This document shows positions 8,560 to 17,735 of a DNA stretch of 64,000 bases, piece by piece. The stretch is from Alphaproteobacteria bacterium (GTDB taxonomy: Bacteria; Pseudomonadota; Alphaproteobacteria; UBA7887). The DNA is taken from the NCBI GenBank assembly GCA_965216755.1, contig CBDCGL010000011.1:3040001-3104000 (forward strand). The letters run 5' to 3'. The notes beneath the pieces were generated by a model, which saw nothing but the letters and a program-made list of their open reading frames with translations, made no database searches and had not been told where the DNA came from. Both the position numbers and the translations under genes were made by a program. The stretch's first letter is position 1. Each line of letters starts with the position of its first letter.

Positions 8560-10485
8560 ATGACAATTGAAACTGAATGGCGCAGCTATGACGTGATCGT
8601 GGTCGGCTCCGGCGGCGCGGGCAGCGCCGCGGCCCATGCGGCGGCCGAGACCGGGGCCAAGGTGTTGGTCGTCGCCAAAGACCCGGTCGGTTGTTCCGAC
8701 ACCAAGATTGCCGAGGGTATTGTGACTGTGCGGGCCAGCGCGGAGGCCGACGATAGCGAAGACGCGCTTGCCGAGAATCTCCGTATCGCCGGCGGCGATC
8801 TACCGACGCCCGAAATCGCTGCTGCGTTTGCGCAAGATACCCAAGACGCCTACGACTGGATGCGGCGCCACGGCGTGCGCCCGGATGTCGATGATCGGAC
8901 GCATAAGCCGAAGGTGCTGCCGATTGCGCTTGGTGGTCACACCCACCGGCGCTCCGTTAGCCATCAAAACGGCGGCTTGGCGGTGGGCCATGCGGCGTGG
9001 AATGCGGTCGTCCAGGGCAAACGGATCGATTATTTGGAGGACGCATGGTTTCTCGATGTGATCACCGCGCCGGTGGGTGATCGCGGGGATGTGCGTGGCG
9101 GCATCGTCTACGACGCGGCGCGCGGTGTTTTTGTCGCGGTTCGGGCGCCGGCGGTGGTCATCGCCGCCGGTGGCTTGGGCACGATGTACTTCCCGAAAAC
9201 CGACACCATGCGCGGCAATACCGGCGATTCCTATGCCATTGCCGTGCGCGCCGGGGCCGATTTGGTTGATATGGAGCAGGTGCAGTTTTTGCCCTTTTGC
9301 ATGACCCATCCGCCGGCATATGAGGGATTATGCGCCGGCGAGCCCGTGACCGCCGGGTTTCTGGGTGTGCTGCGCGACAAAGACGGCAACGTGATACTGG
9401 ATAGCGTCATGTTGCGCACACGCGCCGAATGTTCCGCCGCGATTGTGCGCGCGGTCGCCGACGGGCGTGGCACGGAACGCGGCGGCTGCTATTTGGATTT
9501 GACCGGCAACGTCAAACTGCCGCGATCCGGCCGCTACTACGACCGATTTTTGCATACGTCATTAACCGGTATTATGGCCACGGTGCGCCAAGCCTGGGGG
9601 CGGAAGGCGGTCCGCTGCGAGGAAATGTGGGAAGTGCGACCGGGCGCCCACTACGCCATGGGCGGTGTGCGCGTAGATGCCGATGGGCGCGCCGCGCGTG
9701 ACGAAGGCGCGCGCGCCGTTGACGGCTTGTACGCGGCAGGTCAAGCCATGGGCGGCGTTTTCGGCGCCAATCGCTTGGGCTCGACATCGCTTTCGGAAGG
9801 GCCAATTTTTGGCGCGCGGGCGGGGCGCGCGGCGGCAGCGCGGGCACGGCAAACGCGCGCGGCTGCCGATGACGCGCCATTCGAAGCCAACCTGGCCAGC
9901 TATCGGTCGGTTCTTGGACGAACAGCCGACGCGGCCCCGGCACAGTTGGTCAAGCAGCTGCAGTCCGCCTGCTGGGAGGGCATAGGTCCGGCGCGAACCA
10001 AGGACGGCCTGGAGCGGTTTGTCGCGGCATTGGCCGACCTTCGCCAACGCGCCGATACCGCTGCTGTGTCCTCAGATGCGTTGTGGAACCAATCGTTTAT
10101 CGATTGGGTCGAACTGCGCAATATGCTCGACACCGCCGAAGCAGTGGCGCGTGCGGCCTATTCGCGCACGGCGTCGCTCGGCGCCCATATTCGGCTCGAC
10201 AGCCAGAAGACATCGACGGCCCTGGGCCACCCCTATTCCGTGATCGTGCGTCAGGGACCGAGCGATGCGATGATTGTGGCCCACGCGGCGCGCCAAAAGA
10301 CGCCATGGCAACGGCTGCTTCCCTATGTAATGGCGGATCGCAAACGCAAGGTCGTGCTGAAGGTCTTGCGTCTTTTGCCCGCAGCCTGGCAGGACCGTAT
10401 CTTGGAAAAACGCTATCGCAGCGTGATGGGGGAGATCAAACCGGCGCGGGCCGGTGATACGGTCGCTGACGGCGCCAATGCATGA
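8560..10485 (+). CDS. Succinate dehydrogenase/fumarate reductase-family flavoprotein (atypical)
   Basis: VVGSGGAG, AAGGLG, NTGD, DMEQVQF, HYAMGGV, GANRLGSTSL. Confidence 0.88.
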   Translation: MTIETEWRSYDVIVVGSGGAGSAAAHAAAETGAKVLVVAKDPVGCSDTKIAEGIVTVRASAEADDSEDALAENLRIAGGDLPTPEIAAAFAQDTQDAYDWMRRHGVRPDVDDRTHKPKVLPIALGGHTHRRSVSHQNGGLAVGHAAWNAVVQGKRIDYLEDAWFLDVITAPVGDRGDVRGGIVYDAARGVFVAVRAPAVVIAAGGLGTMYFPKTDTMRGNTGDSYAIAVRAGADLVDMEQVQFLPFCMTHPPAYEGLCAGEPVTAGFLGVLRDKDGNVILDSVMLRTRAECSAAIVRAVADGRGTERGGCYLDLTGNVKLPRSGRYYDRFLHTSLTGIMATVRQAWGRKAVRCEEMWEVRPGAHYAMGGVRVDADGRAARDEGARAVDGLYAAGQAMGGVFGANRLGSTSLSEGPIFGARAGRAAAARARQTRAAADDAPFEANLASYRSVLGRTADAAPAQLVKQLQSACWEGIGPARTKDGLERFVAALADLRQRADTAAVSSDALWNQSFIDWVELRNMLDTAEAVARAAYSRTASLGAHIRLDSQKTSTALGHPYSVIVRQGPSDAMIVAHAARQKTPWQRLLPYVMADRKRKVVLKVLRLLPAAWQDRILEKRYRSVMGEIKPARAGDTVADGANA

Positions 10486-11180
10486 AAGTTGAGCTGATCA
10501 GAGTGCGTGACGGCCAGGCACAAGCCGTCGCCTATGACTATCGACCACGTGTCGACGGCGAACGACCGATGGCCTTGGACGTGCTGTTACAGGCCCAAGC
10601 GACCACTTTCCCAGATCTCGCCTATCGCTATGGCTGCCGCAACCGCACATGTGGCATCTGCACGATCGATATCAATGGTCGGCCGCGGATCGCCTGCCGC
10701 GCACGGGTTCGCGAAGGTGATCGATTGAGTGCGCCGGCGACCTTGCCGGTGCTGCGCGACATGGTGTCGCGGCGCGATGGTATTGCGCGCCAGCTGCGTG
10801 GCCGTTTGCCCGATGGTGTGCGTGGCAACGATTTGAACACGGCGGCGCCGGCCGACTATCATGCCTTGACCGCCTGCATCGAGTGCTATGCATGCCTGGA
10901 CAATTGTCCCATGCATGCGCGTAATTTCGACAATGGCGCGGAACAACGCGACGCGGCCGATGCCTATCGGTGGGGCAATCCGTTTTCATTGCTCAAACTG
11001 CAACGCCTGCGTTTGGATCCGGTCGCGACGCCGGCCGAGAAAGCGGCGGCGTTGGAAGCGGCGGTTGATTTGGGCCTTTCGGTCTGTCGCGACTGCCCGG
11101 GTTGCAAATGCGGCGTCGGTATCGACTTGAAACGCAAAGTGATTAAGCCATTGGTCGACACGGCCTTTGCCGACGTTTGA
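10482..11180 (+). CDS. SdhB/FrdB-like iron-sulfur protein (atypical)
   Basis: [2Fe-2S] motif YGCRNRTCGIC...AC, CIECYACLDNCP, CRDCPGCKC; ATGA overlap with the flavoprotein gene. Confidence 0.85.
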   Translation: MKVELIRVRDGQAQAVAYDYRPRVDGERPMALDVLLQAQATTFPDLAYRYGCRNRTCGICTIDINGRPRIACRARVREGDRLSAPATLPVLRDMVSRRDGIARQLRGRLPDGVRGNDLNTAAPADYHALTACIECYACLDNCPMHARNFDNGAEQRDAADAYRWGNPFSLLKLQRLRLDPVATPAEKAAALEAAVDLGLSVCRDCPGCKCGVGIDLKRKVIKPLVDTAFADV

Positions 11181-11306
11181 TTGCGAAATTGCGCTCTATT
11201 CGGCGGCCGCGCCTTTTTGATGCCGCCAGGGGCCCGTATAACCGGCCGACCAATCGGGGGGTATTTCGCACGGCCGCGGGTCGTGATGGGTGACGCGCCT
11301 GGCTTA

Positions 11307-11405
11307 GGTATTTCGGTGACAGTTTACTAAATACACAATATATTGCGTATTATATGATATCTGATGCCTTACTTTGTGTATTTAGTAAACTGTCACCGAA
11401 ATACC
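11307..11405. repeat. Dispersed inverted-repeat element, copy 2 (core 11314-11398)
   Basis: Perfect 32-bp inverted repeat ggtatttcggtgacagtttactaaatacacaa / ttgtgtatttagtaaactgtcaccgaaatacc. Confidence 0.95.
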
Positions 11406-11503
11406 AAAATGTGGTCGCTTGCGTTTGTTCGCCGACACACGGTCGATTACACTGGCCGTGATGTGTCATTGACTTGTGAACACTCGGAATCGGCCTGCTC
11501 GTC

Positions 11504-12649
11504 ATGTCCGCGACCGCGTCTACTCAGCACACTATACTTGCCATGCAAGCCTATCTGCGCGATGGCACAGCGCGCGCGCAAAAACTGGCCAATCGCGGAC
11601 CGATCCGTTTTGGCGCGGACGGCGCGCTCGATACAGCGATCACGGACGCCTATTGGCAATACGGCTTTTACATTTTCGAGGGCGTGCTTGGCGCCGACGA
11701 GTTGGCTGATATCGAGGCTGATTTGTTCGACATTCAGGCCCGTTTGCCGAAGAACAAAGGCGCCAAAGTCGATGCCCAGGGGCGGCCCGCGATTGGGGTC
11801 GATTGTCGGGCGCCGACCCTGTTTTGGTCGAAACCATTAGGTGATCCGTTCGGCGGTACCGATCTGGCCAATGGCCGTCATCCGGTGAAAATGCACGAAC
11901 CTGAGGCCGCCGTTGACGCGCCGAGCGACATTGTTTATCTGATCCTGGGCTCGATGCAGTTTTCAGATGCGTGTCTACGGTTTTACGGCCATCCGCAATT
12001 GTTGGCTGTGGCGGCGGCAATCAACGGTGAGGATTTTGTACCGTTTACCGAGGCGCTGTTTATCAAAGAACCTGGTCTGGGCGCGTCCGTAGCGTGGCAC
12101 CAAGACGGCGTCACCCATTGGGAGAGTCCAAGCTGGGACCAAGGCACCCATGGATTCAATTTCATGGGGCAGCTATATGGCTGCGCGGCGGCCAATGGTG
12201 TGTGGGTTGTGCCCGGTTCGCACAAGTGGGGCAAAGTTGATATCGCGGCCATGGTCGCCCAAGCCGGCAGCGAACGGTTACCGGACGCGGTGCCGCTGAT
12301 TTGCGCGCCCGGTGACGTTGCCATGTGCAATCGGCAGGTGCTGCATGGCTCATTTGCCAACAACAGCCCGGATTGGCGGGTCACGGTCAACGCCGGTTTT
12401 CACCGGCGCGCGTCCGTGTTGGGTGTTAAAGGCGGCGGCGTTCACAATGCGCCGGCGGTCTATGACGCGGCGCGTATTGAGGAACGGTCGCGCTGGGTCG
12501 GTTACGCTATCGATGCACGCCATCAACGCTTTCCCGACGAAACGCCTTATGTCTATAAGCCGCACGCCGATGCAGGTGAAACGTTCCACTGGGACGCCGG
12601 CCTCAAAGCGCGGATGAAAGACTATAACTTGCTCGACTTGAGCATCTGA
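11504..12649 (+). CDS. Phytanoyl-CoA dioxygenase (PhyH) family Fe(II)/2-oxoglutarate dioxygenase
   Basis: WHQDG, NGVWVVPGSH, LHGSFANNS...R. Confidence 0.88.
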   Translation: MSATASTQHTILAMQAYLRDGTARAQKLANRGPIRFGADGALDTAITDAYWQYGFYIFEGVLGADELADIEADLFDIQARLPKNKGAKVDAQGRPAIGVDCRAPTLFWSKPLGDPFGGTDLANGRHPVKMHEPEAAVDAPSDIVYLILGSMQFSDACLRFYGHPQLLAVAAAINGEDFVPFTEALFIKEPGLGASVAWHQDGVTHWESPSWDQGTHGFNFMGQLYGCAAANGVWVVPGSHKWGKVDIAAMVAQAGSERLPDAVPLICAPGDVAMCNRQVLHGSFANNSPDWRVTVNAGFHRRASVLGVKGGGVHNAPAVYDAARIEERSRWVGYAIDARHQRFPDETPYVYKPHADAGETFHWDAGLKARMKDYNLLDLSI

Positions 12650-12675
12650 ACCGCGTGCTGATCGCATAACAAAAG

Positions 12676-13527
12676 TTACGCCGGGCCTTGGGGGAGTGCG
12701 GCGAAGCAACCCTTGACCCAATCGATGACAGCGCGGGTCGGCGGATCATGTTTCAAATGGGATTGCACGAGCAACCACACGCCGCGCGGTTGCGGCAATT
12801 TGGTTATGTGAAAGGCATCGTCGTCCAGTAGCCCCGCGCACATGAAGTTGGGCAAAATGCCCGCGCATCGGCGCGACTCAATGAGTTTCTTGGCCACCAG
12901 CAGGTTCTTGGTCATGCATCGCGCATGCTGATGCAGCCCGGCCTGTTTGAGATATTGAGATTCCGGGGTCGCATCAAGGTCTTGCGGATAGGCCCACACC
13001 AGTTCGCCGGTTTGCGGCTTCACTTCCGCCGGTTCGAATAAATACAACGTCAGGTCCGCCAGCTTGGACATGATGAAGTCGCCTTTGTCGGGCTTTTGTA
13101 AGCGCACGGCGATATCCGCTTCCCAGCGCGAAAAGTTGACATTTTGTGTCGACGCCAAGAGCGCTAGGGACAATCCTGGTTGTTCGGCGAGAAATGGTGC
13201 GACGTTTGGTGCCAGAACCTCCGTGGCAATCGAATCGGTGGTGGCGATCCGGCGGTGGCCGATCCACTCCGGATAATCGTCACCGATCTTGGAAATCCGT
13301 TCGGCCTGGTCCTCCATCCTGGCGGTCAGCGCCACCAACTCTGCGCATTGCGCGGTGGGTCGCCGGACACCATCGACGGCCTCAAACAAGGTCAGCCCCA
13401 AATCTTGTTGCAAGCGGCCGAGCCGTCGCGCCACTGTGGTTTCATTCATATGCAAGCGGGCGCCGGCGGCGGCATAGCTGCCGGATTCGAAAACGGCACG
13501 CGCGACCCGCAGATCATCCCAATTCAT
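12676..13527 (-). CDS. LysR-family transcriptional regulator
   Basis: MNWDDLR...GSYAAAG...TVARRL HTH; EADIAVR. Confidence 0.92.
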   Translation of the reverse strand: MNWDDLRVARAVFESGSYAAAGARLHMNETTVARRLGRLQQDLGLTLFEAVDGVRRPTAQCAELVALTARMEDQAERISKIGDDYPEWIGHRRIATTDSIATEVLAPNVAPFLAEQPGLSLALLASTQNVNFSRWEADIAVRLQKPDKGDFIMSKLADLTLYLFEPAEVKPQTGELVWAYPQDLDATPESQYLKQAGLHQHARCMTKNLLVAKKLIESRRCAGILPNFMCAGLLDDDAFHITKLPQPRGVWLLVQSHLKHDPPTRAVIDWVKGCFAALPQGPA

Positions 13528-13665
13528 CCATCAAGTATCGCCCCATCCTGCAAATTTGCAACCGCCCGTCGCAACAACACTGCGTGTGTGTCGTGTCTGG
13601 GTCGGCTAGGACTGTGGCCACATCACGCTCACCACGTTGCCAACTGACAATCACGGGAGTTAACG

Positions 13666-14181
13666 ATGGTTGGAAAATTCATTTGTGGATCCGTCATTAG
13701 CGGGCTATGTGTATTTGGCGCGCCTGTTTTGGCTGATGACGGCAGTGCCACGCCGGAAGGCGTGGTCGCCAAGGTCCAAGAAGCCGCGGCACTTTTGGCC
13801 ACGCAAGGCGCATCGGCCCTTGATGTGCTGCGTGATCCAACATCCGCCTTTACCTGGAAGGACACGTACATATTCGTCGTCGACTGCGCGGCCGACCGGG
13901 TTTTGTCCAACCCGGCATTTCCGGAACGTCAGGGCCGTGATATCAAGCAACATGTCGACTATAATGGCAAGCAATACGGCCAGGAACTGTGCGACACGGC
14001 GCAACAACCGGGTGGCGGCTGGGTCGAATATGTTTGGCTGAAGCCAGGCGGTGACACGCCGCTGCGCAAAATCAGTTTCGTCATGTCTGTCGATGGTCAG
14101 CCCTATCAATTGGGCGCGGGCATTTACAATCAGACCATCTCACTCAATGACGTTGCCGCACTTACCGATAGCCATCAATAA
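13666..14181 (+). CDS. Stand-alone secreted single Cache domain protein
   Basis: Signal peptide; FTWKDTYIFV, GGGWVEYVWLKPG...KISFV...GAGIY. Confidence 0.8.
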   Translation: MVGKFICGSVISGLCVFGAPVLADDGSATPEGVVAKVQEAAALLATQGASALDVLRDPTSAFTWKDTYIFVVDCAADRVLSNPAFPERQGRDIKQHVDYNGKQYGQELCDTAQQPGGGWVEYVWLKPGGDTPLRKISFVMSVDGQPYQLGAGIYNQTISLNDVAALTDSHQ

Positions 14182-14233
14182 TTTCGCCGTGACGCGACGC
14201 TGTCACGCCATGGCCTGATCGCGAGTCAAACCG

Positions 14234-15055
14234 ATGACCATTCTCAACGTGCCCACATGGCGCAAAGCCGCCGACACCTATGACGCCGCCGCCGACCATT
14301 TCGATGACGCCCCTTTGGCATTCTGGGATCGACATGGGCGGCGCGCGGTCGAAGGGATGGGTTTGTGCGCCGGCGATCGTGTGTTGGACGTCGGCTGCGG
14401 CACAGGCGCGTCGGCCTTGCCGGCGGCGCTGGCGGTTGGGCCGCACGGGCACGTCACGGGGGTGGACGTTGCCGCGAACATGCTGGCGCGCGCACGCAAG
14501 CGCGCGCGTGCCGGCGGCTTTGAGAACGTGACGTTCGTCCAAGCCGACATGGGGGCGACCGGGTTTGCAGACGCCAGCTTTGACGCCACCATCAGCGTGT
14601 TTTCGATCTTTTTTGTCGCCGATATGGCCGCGCAGGTTGCCGAGCTGTGGCGCCTGCTGCGGCCCGGCGGGGCCCTGGCCGTAACGGTGTGGGGGCCACA
14701 TGCGTTCGCGCCCGGTGCCGCGATTTTTGACGAAGAGCTGCGCTGCTTGCGGCCGGACCTAGCGTCAACCGCGCCGGCTCCTTGGCAGCTCTTGACAACG
14801 ACCGATAGGCTGCGGGCGCTACTTCGCGATGGTGGCGTGTCCGCCGCGGAGATGTGGCCGGCGCCCGACGATCAACCGCTCGCGTATCCGGCGGCGTTCT
14901 GGACCATCGCCATGGGGTCGGGTTTTCGTTGGCAAATCGAGCAGCTGACATCGGCGGAGCGTTCGCAGCTTCGCGAACGCGTGGTTGGCCGGCTGAGCGC
15001 GCGCGGTGTCAGGGCCATAGACACCAGCGCCATTCACGCCATCGCACGAAAGTGA
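14234..15055 (+). CDS. Class I SAM-dependent methyltransferase
   Basis: VLDVGCGTG, VTGVD, LRPGG. Confidence 0.88.
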   Translation: MTILNVPTWRKAADTYDAAADHFDDAPLAFWDRHGRRAVEGMGLCAGDRVLDVGCGTGASALPAALAVGPHGHVTGVDVAANMLARARKRARAGGFENVTFVQADMGATGFADASFDATISVFSIFFVADMAAQVAELWRLLRPGGALAVTVWGPHAFAPGAAIFDEELRCLRPDLASTAPAPWQLLTTTDRLRALLRDGGVSAAEMWPAPDDQPLAYPAAFWTIAMGSGFRWQIEQLTSAERSQLRERVVGRLSARGVRAIDTSAIHAIARK

Positions 15056-15077
15056 GTTGTGGCGGGATCAAAGATGG

Positions 15078-15211
15078 GTGTTACGGTGGTTACGGTGACA
15101 GTTTACTAAATATACCATATGTTGTGACTCACTGCTAAAGCCTACAACATACGGTATATTTAGTAAACTGTCACCGTAACTAGTAAACTGTCACCGTAAC
15201 CACCGTAACAC
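15078..15211. repeat. Dispersed inverted-repeat element, copy 3 (core 15093-15176) with duplicated right arm
   Basis: Long arms; tagtaaactgtcaccgtaac occurs twice (15161-15200); outer 9-bp units gttacggtg/caccgtaac reiterated. Confidence 0.95.
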
Positions 15212-15352
15212 ACCGTAGTCGGGCCGGTCGTCAGGCAGCATGTGCCCTTTGCGGGCTGGAATAGTGCGGTACAAAGCGATACCAAGATAGAGACCGCACG
15301 AGTCGGCGATGCCCGATAAGACCGCGTCAAACGGTCCACATGAGACACTAAC

Positions 15353-16840
15353 TCATAGCATAGAATTCAGTATGTAAAATATGCTTGCCGATAACACGGC
15401 TGTGGCCGGCACGGTGATCACCCAAGCCGCGACAATGGTCAAGAAATGCGCGCGGCGCACAAGCTTGCGGTGGCGTATGACCTCCTTACCCGGCAGTTTT
15501 TCGCCGTTGTCGGCGGCAAAGCCGCGGCGCGCGATCATTTCGCGGCGCCGCCGGCTGCGTTTGGTGTACTGTTCGCGGAAAAAGCCCACGCCGAAAACCG
15601 CCCCGACAGCGATATGTGTCGAGCTTACCGGTAGCCCGAGCCACGAGGCGATAATCACCGTGATCGCCGCGGATAAGGCGACACAATACGCCCGCATCGG
15701 GTTCATTTTTGTGATTTTGACGCCGACCATTCGGATTAACTTTGGGCCGTAGAGAAACAGGCCCAGGCTTATGCCGAACGCACCGATCAACATAATCCAG
15801 TTCGGAATGGCGACTTTGGCGGCAACTTCGCCAAACTGTGCGCTATGTAGAATCGCGGCCAACGGCCCGATCGCATTGGCCACATCATTGGCGCCATGAG
15901 CAAAAGACAGAAGGGCGGCCGAACAGATCAGCGGAATGTGAAACAACCGGCGCAGCGACTGGTTGCGGTTTTCCATGCCGTCGGACTGGGAACGGATCAG
16001 TGGATGCACGGAGACCCATGCAAAAACGAAGGTCGTGACGGTGATGATGGCAACCATCGCGGAGCCAGGCTGCCAGATTCGTTTGAGCCCCTTGATGGCC
16101 AGATAACAAGCAAACGCGGCCGCCATTATCGCGATCAGCAAGGGGATCCAACGCCGCGCCGCCGCGATCTTATCGTCTTGATAGATTAGATTGATTTTGA
16201 TGAAAGCGAGAAACGCGGCCGCGATCAGGCCACCCAGCAGGGGGGAAATGACCCAGCTTGCCGCAATCGCGCCCATGGTCGTCCAATTGACCAACTGAAA
16301 GCCGACCGCGGCGATGCCCGACCCCATGACACCACCGACCACCGCGTGGGTCGTCGAAACCGGGGCGCCAAGATACGTCGCCAAATTGACCCAAAGTGCC
16401 GACGAGATCAAGGCCGCCATCATCGCCCAAACGAATGTGTCGTTATCGCCAACTTGCGCGGGATCGATGATGCCTTTCGAAATGGTGGACACAACGTCGC
16501 CGCCGGCCAGCATGGCGCCGGCGCTTTCAAATATAACCGCGATGATCAGCGCGCCGACCATCGTCAGCGCTCGTGCGCCAACCGCCGGACCAACATTGTT
16601 GGCGACGTCATTTGCGCCGATATTGAGCGCCATATAGCCGCCCAAGATAGCCGCCACGACAACGATCGCGGCGTCGGACGCGACACCGGCGTAAATCCCT
16701 GCGACGACAGCGGAAAGGCCCAGAAAGATCAGTGCCAGGCCGTGCGAGAAGAACTCTTGTGACAGACGGCGGGTGGCCGCCTCGACATGGACCAGTTTTT
16801 CGAGATCCTTGTCGAGCGATCGTTTTGTCACGCCGACCAT
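15353..16840 (-). CDS. pit: PiT family inorganic phosphate transporter
   Basis: Two GANDVAN signatures, PVSTTH and PVSSTH. Confidence 0.93.
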   Translation of the reverse strand: MVGVTKRSLDKDLEKLVHVEAATRRLSQEFFSHGLALIFLGLSAVVAGIYAGVASDAAIVVVAAILGGYMALNIGANDVANNVGPAVGARALTMVGALIIAVIFESAGAMLAGGDVVSTISKGIIDPAQVGDNDTFVWAMMAALISSALWVNLATYLGAPVSTTHAVVGGVMGSGIAAVGFQLVNWTTMGAIAASWVISPLLGGLIAAAFLAFIKINLIYQDDKIAAARRWIPLLIAIMAAAFACYLAIKGLKRIWQPGSAMVAIITVTTFVFAWVSVHPLIRSQSDGMENRNQSLRRLFHIPLICSAALLSFAHGANDVANAIGPLAAILHSAQFGEVAAKVAIPNWIMLIGAFGISLGLFLYGPKLIRMVGVKITKMNPMRAYCVALSAAITVIIASWLGLPVSSTHIAVGAVFGVGFFREQYTKRSRRRREMIARRGFAADNGEKLPGKEVIRHRKLVRRAHFLTIVAAWVITVPATAVLSASIFYILNSML

Positions 16841-16892
16841 GGTCGCTCCCCTGAACGCTTTACGGTTTGATTCCGGGCCCTCATTTCGACCG

Positions 16893-17396
16893 TTAGCAGG
16901 CTATTGGAATCGTTTCGTATTGGGCACTTGCGCAAGCGCAGACAGTGTCGGCAAATTGAAGCAGCGCCGCGCCCTTGTCGTTCGCCACGCGGGCGAAGAG
17001 ATCGGCAAGCTCGGCGTCGTCGGCACGGGCTGCCGCAGTGTCGAGATCAAGCCATTCCAGGCGGCGCATCGGTTTCTCTTTCCACTTCACGAGATGTTGC
17101 ATAACGAGAAGGGGATAAACAAAGACCTGACATTGAACTTGATAGCCTTGGCGCATGCGTTTGGCATAACGATACGTACCAATGGTCGTATCCGCGACGG
17201 TGCCGACAACGCCGGCCTCTTGCTTGGCTTCGCGGCGCGCCGCTTCGTGCAGGCCGCGCTGACCGTCGGGCCAGCCTTTTGGCAACACCCAGCGGCCACG
17301 TCGCCGCGATGTAATCAGCAGGATTTCGATGTTGCCACGCACCAGAACAAACGGCAACGCGGCCGCTTGCTGTACCGACTTACTCAGAAAGGCCAC
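16893..17396 (-). CDS. NUDIX hydrolase
   Basis: QAAALP, ILLITSR, WVLPKGW...AARREAKQEAGV Nudix box; start uncertain (GTG 17396). Confidence 0.85.
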   Translation of the reverse strand: MAFLSKSVQQAAALPFVLVRGNIEILLITSRRRGRWVLPKGWPDGQRGLHEAARREAKQEAGVVGTVADTTIGTYRYAKRMRQGYQVQCQVFVYPLLVMQHLVKWKEKPMRRLEWLDLDTAAARADDAELADLFARVANDKGAALLQFADTVCACASAQYETIPIAC

Positions 17397-17735
17397 GATC
17401 AGGAAGTTCTTCTCGCGCGCCGGGCACGAGCGACATGTCCGCACCGATTGCGGACCGTTTTCGCGCAGACCACAGACAACCGAGGGACGCATTCGCCATG
17501 GTCATTTACAAGACGTTGCATCCCTTCAACAACCAAGCCAATCAGATGACAATGGCGGACAGGTGCTCAGGCCACCGCAATGCGCGCGCTGCGACCTGCG
17601 GCCGCGCATCGTTTCAAGATCTTAGCAGAGCCCAACCCGCCAAGGGTCGGAAAACTGAAAACTTGGTGGAAGTGAGAGGCGCATCCTCGAACCGAAACCA
17701 CGCGGGCAGGTTTGGCGTGGCGGCTGCCCGCAGAC

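Noticed and set aside
8560-11180. Canonical sdhAB/frdAB or nadB
   Set aside because: Lacks the FAD-linking His and the QxHP His, has no anchor subunits, and NadB has no Fe-S partner.
11364-11840. Short ORFs containing YLVNCHR or GDSLLN (also at 3583, 14854, 15160, 60210, 63409)
   Set aside because: These are translations of the repeat arms, not a protein family.
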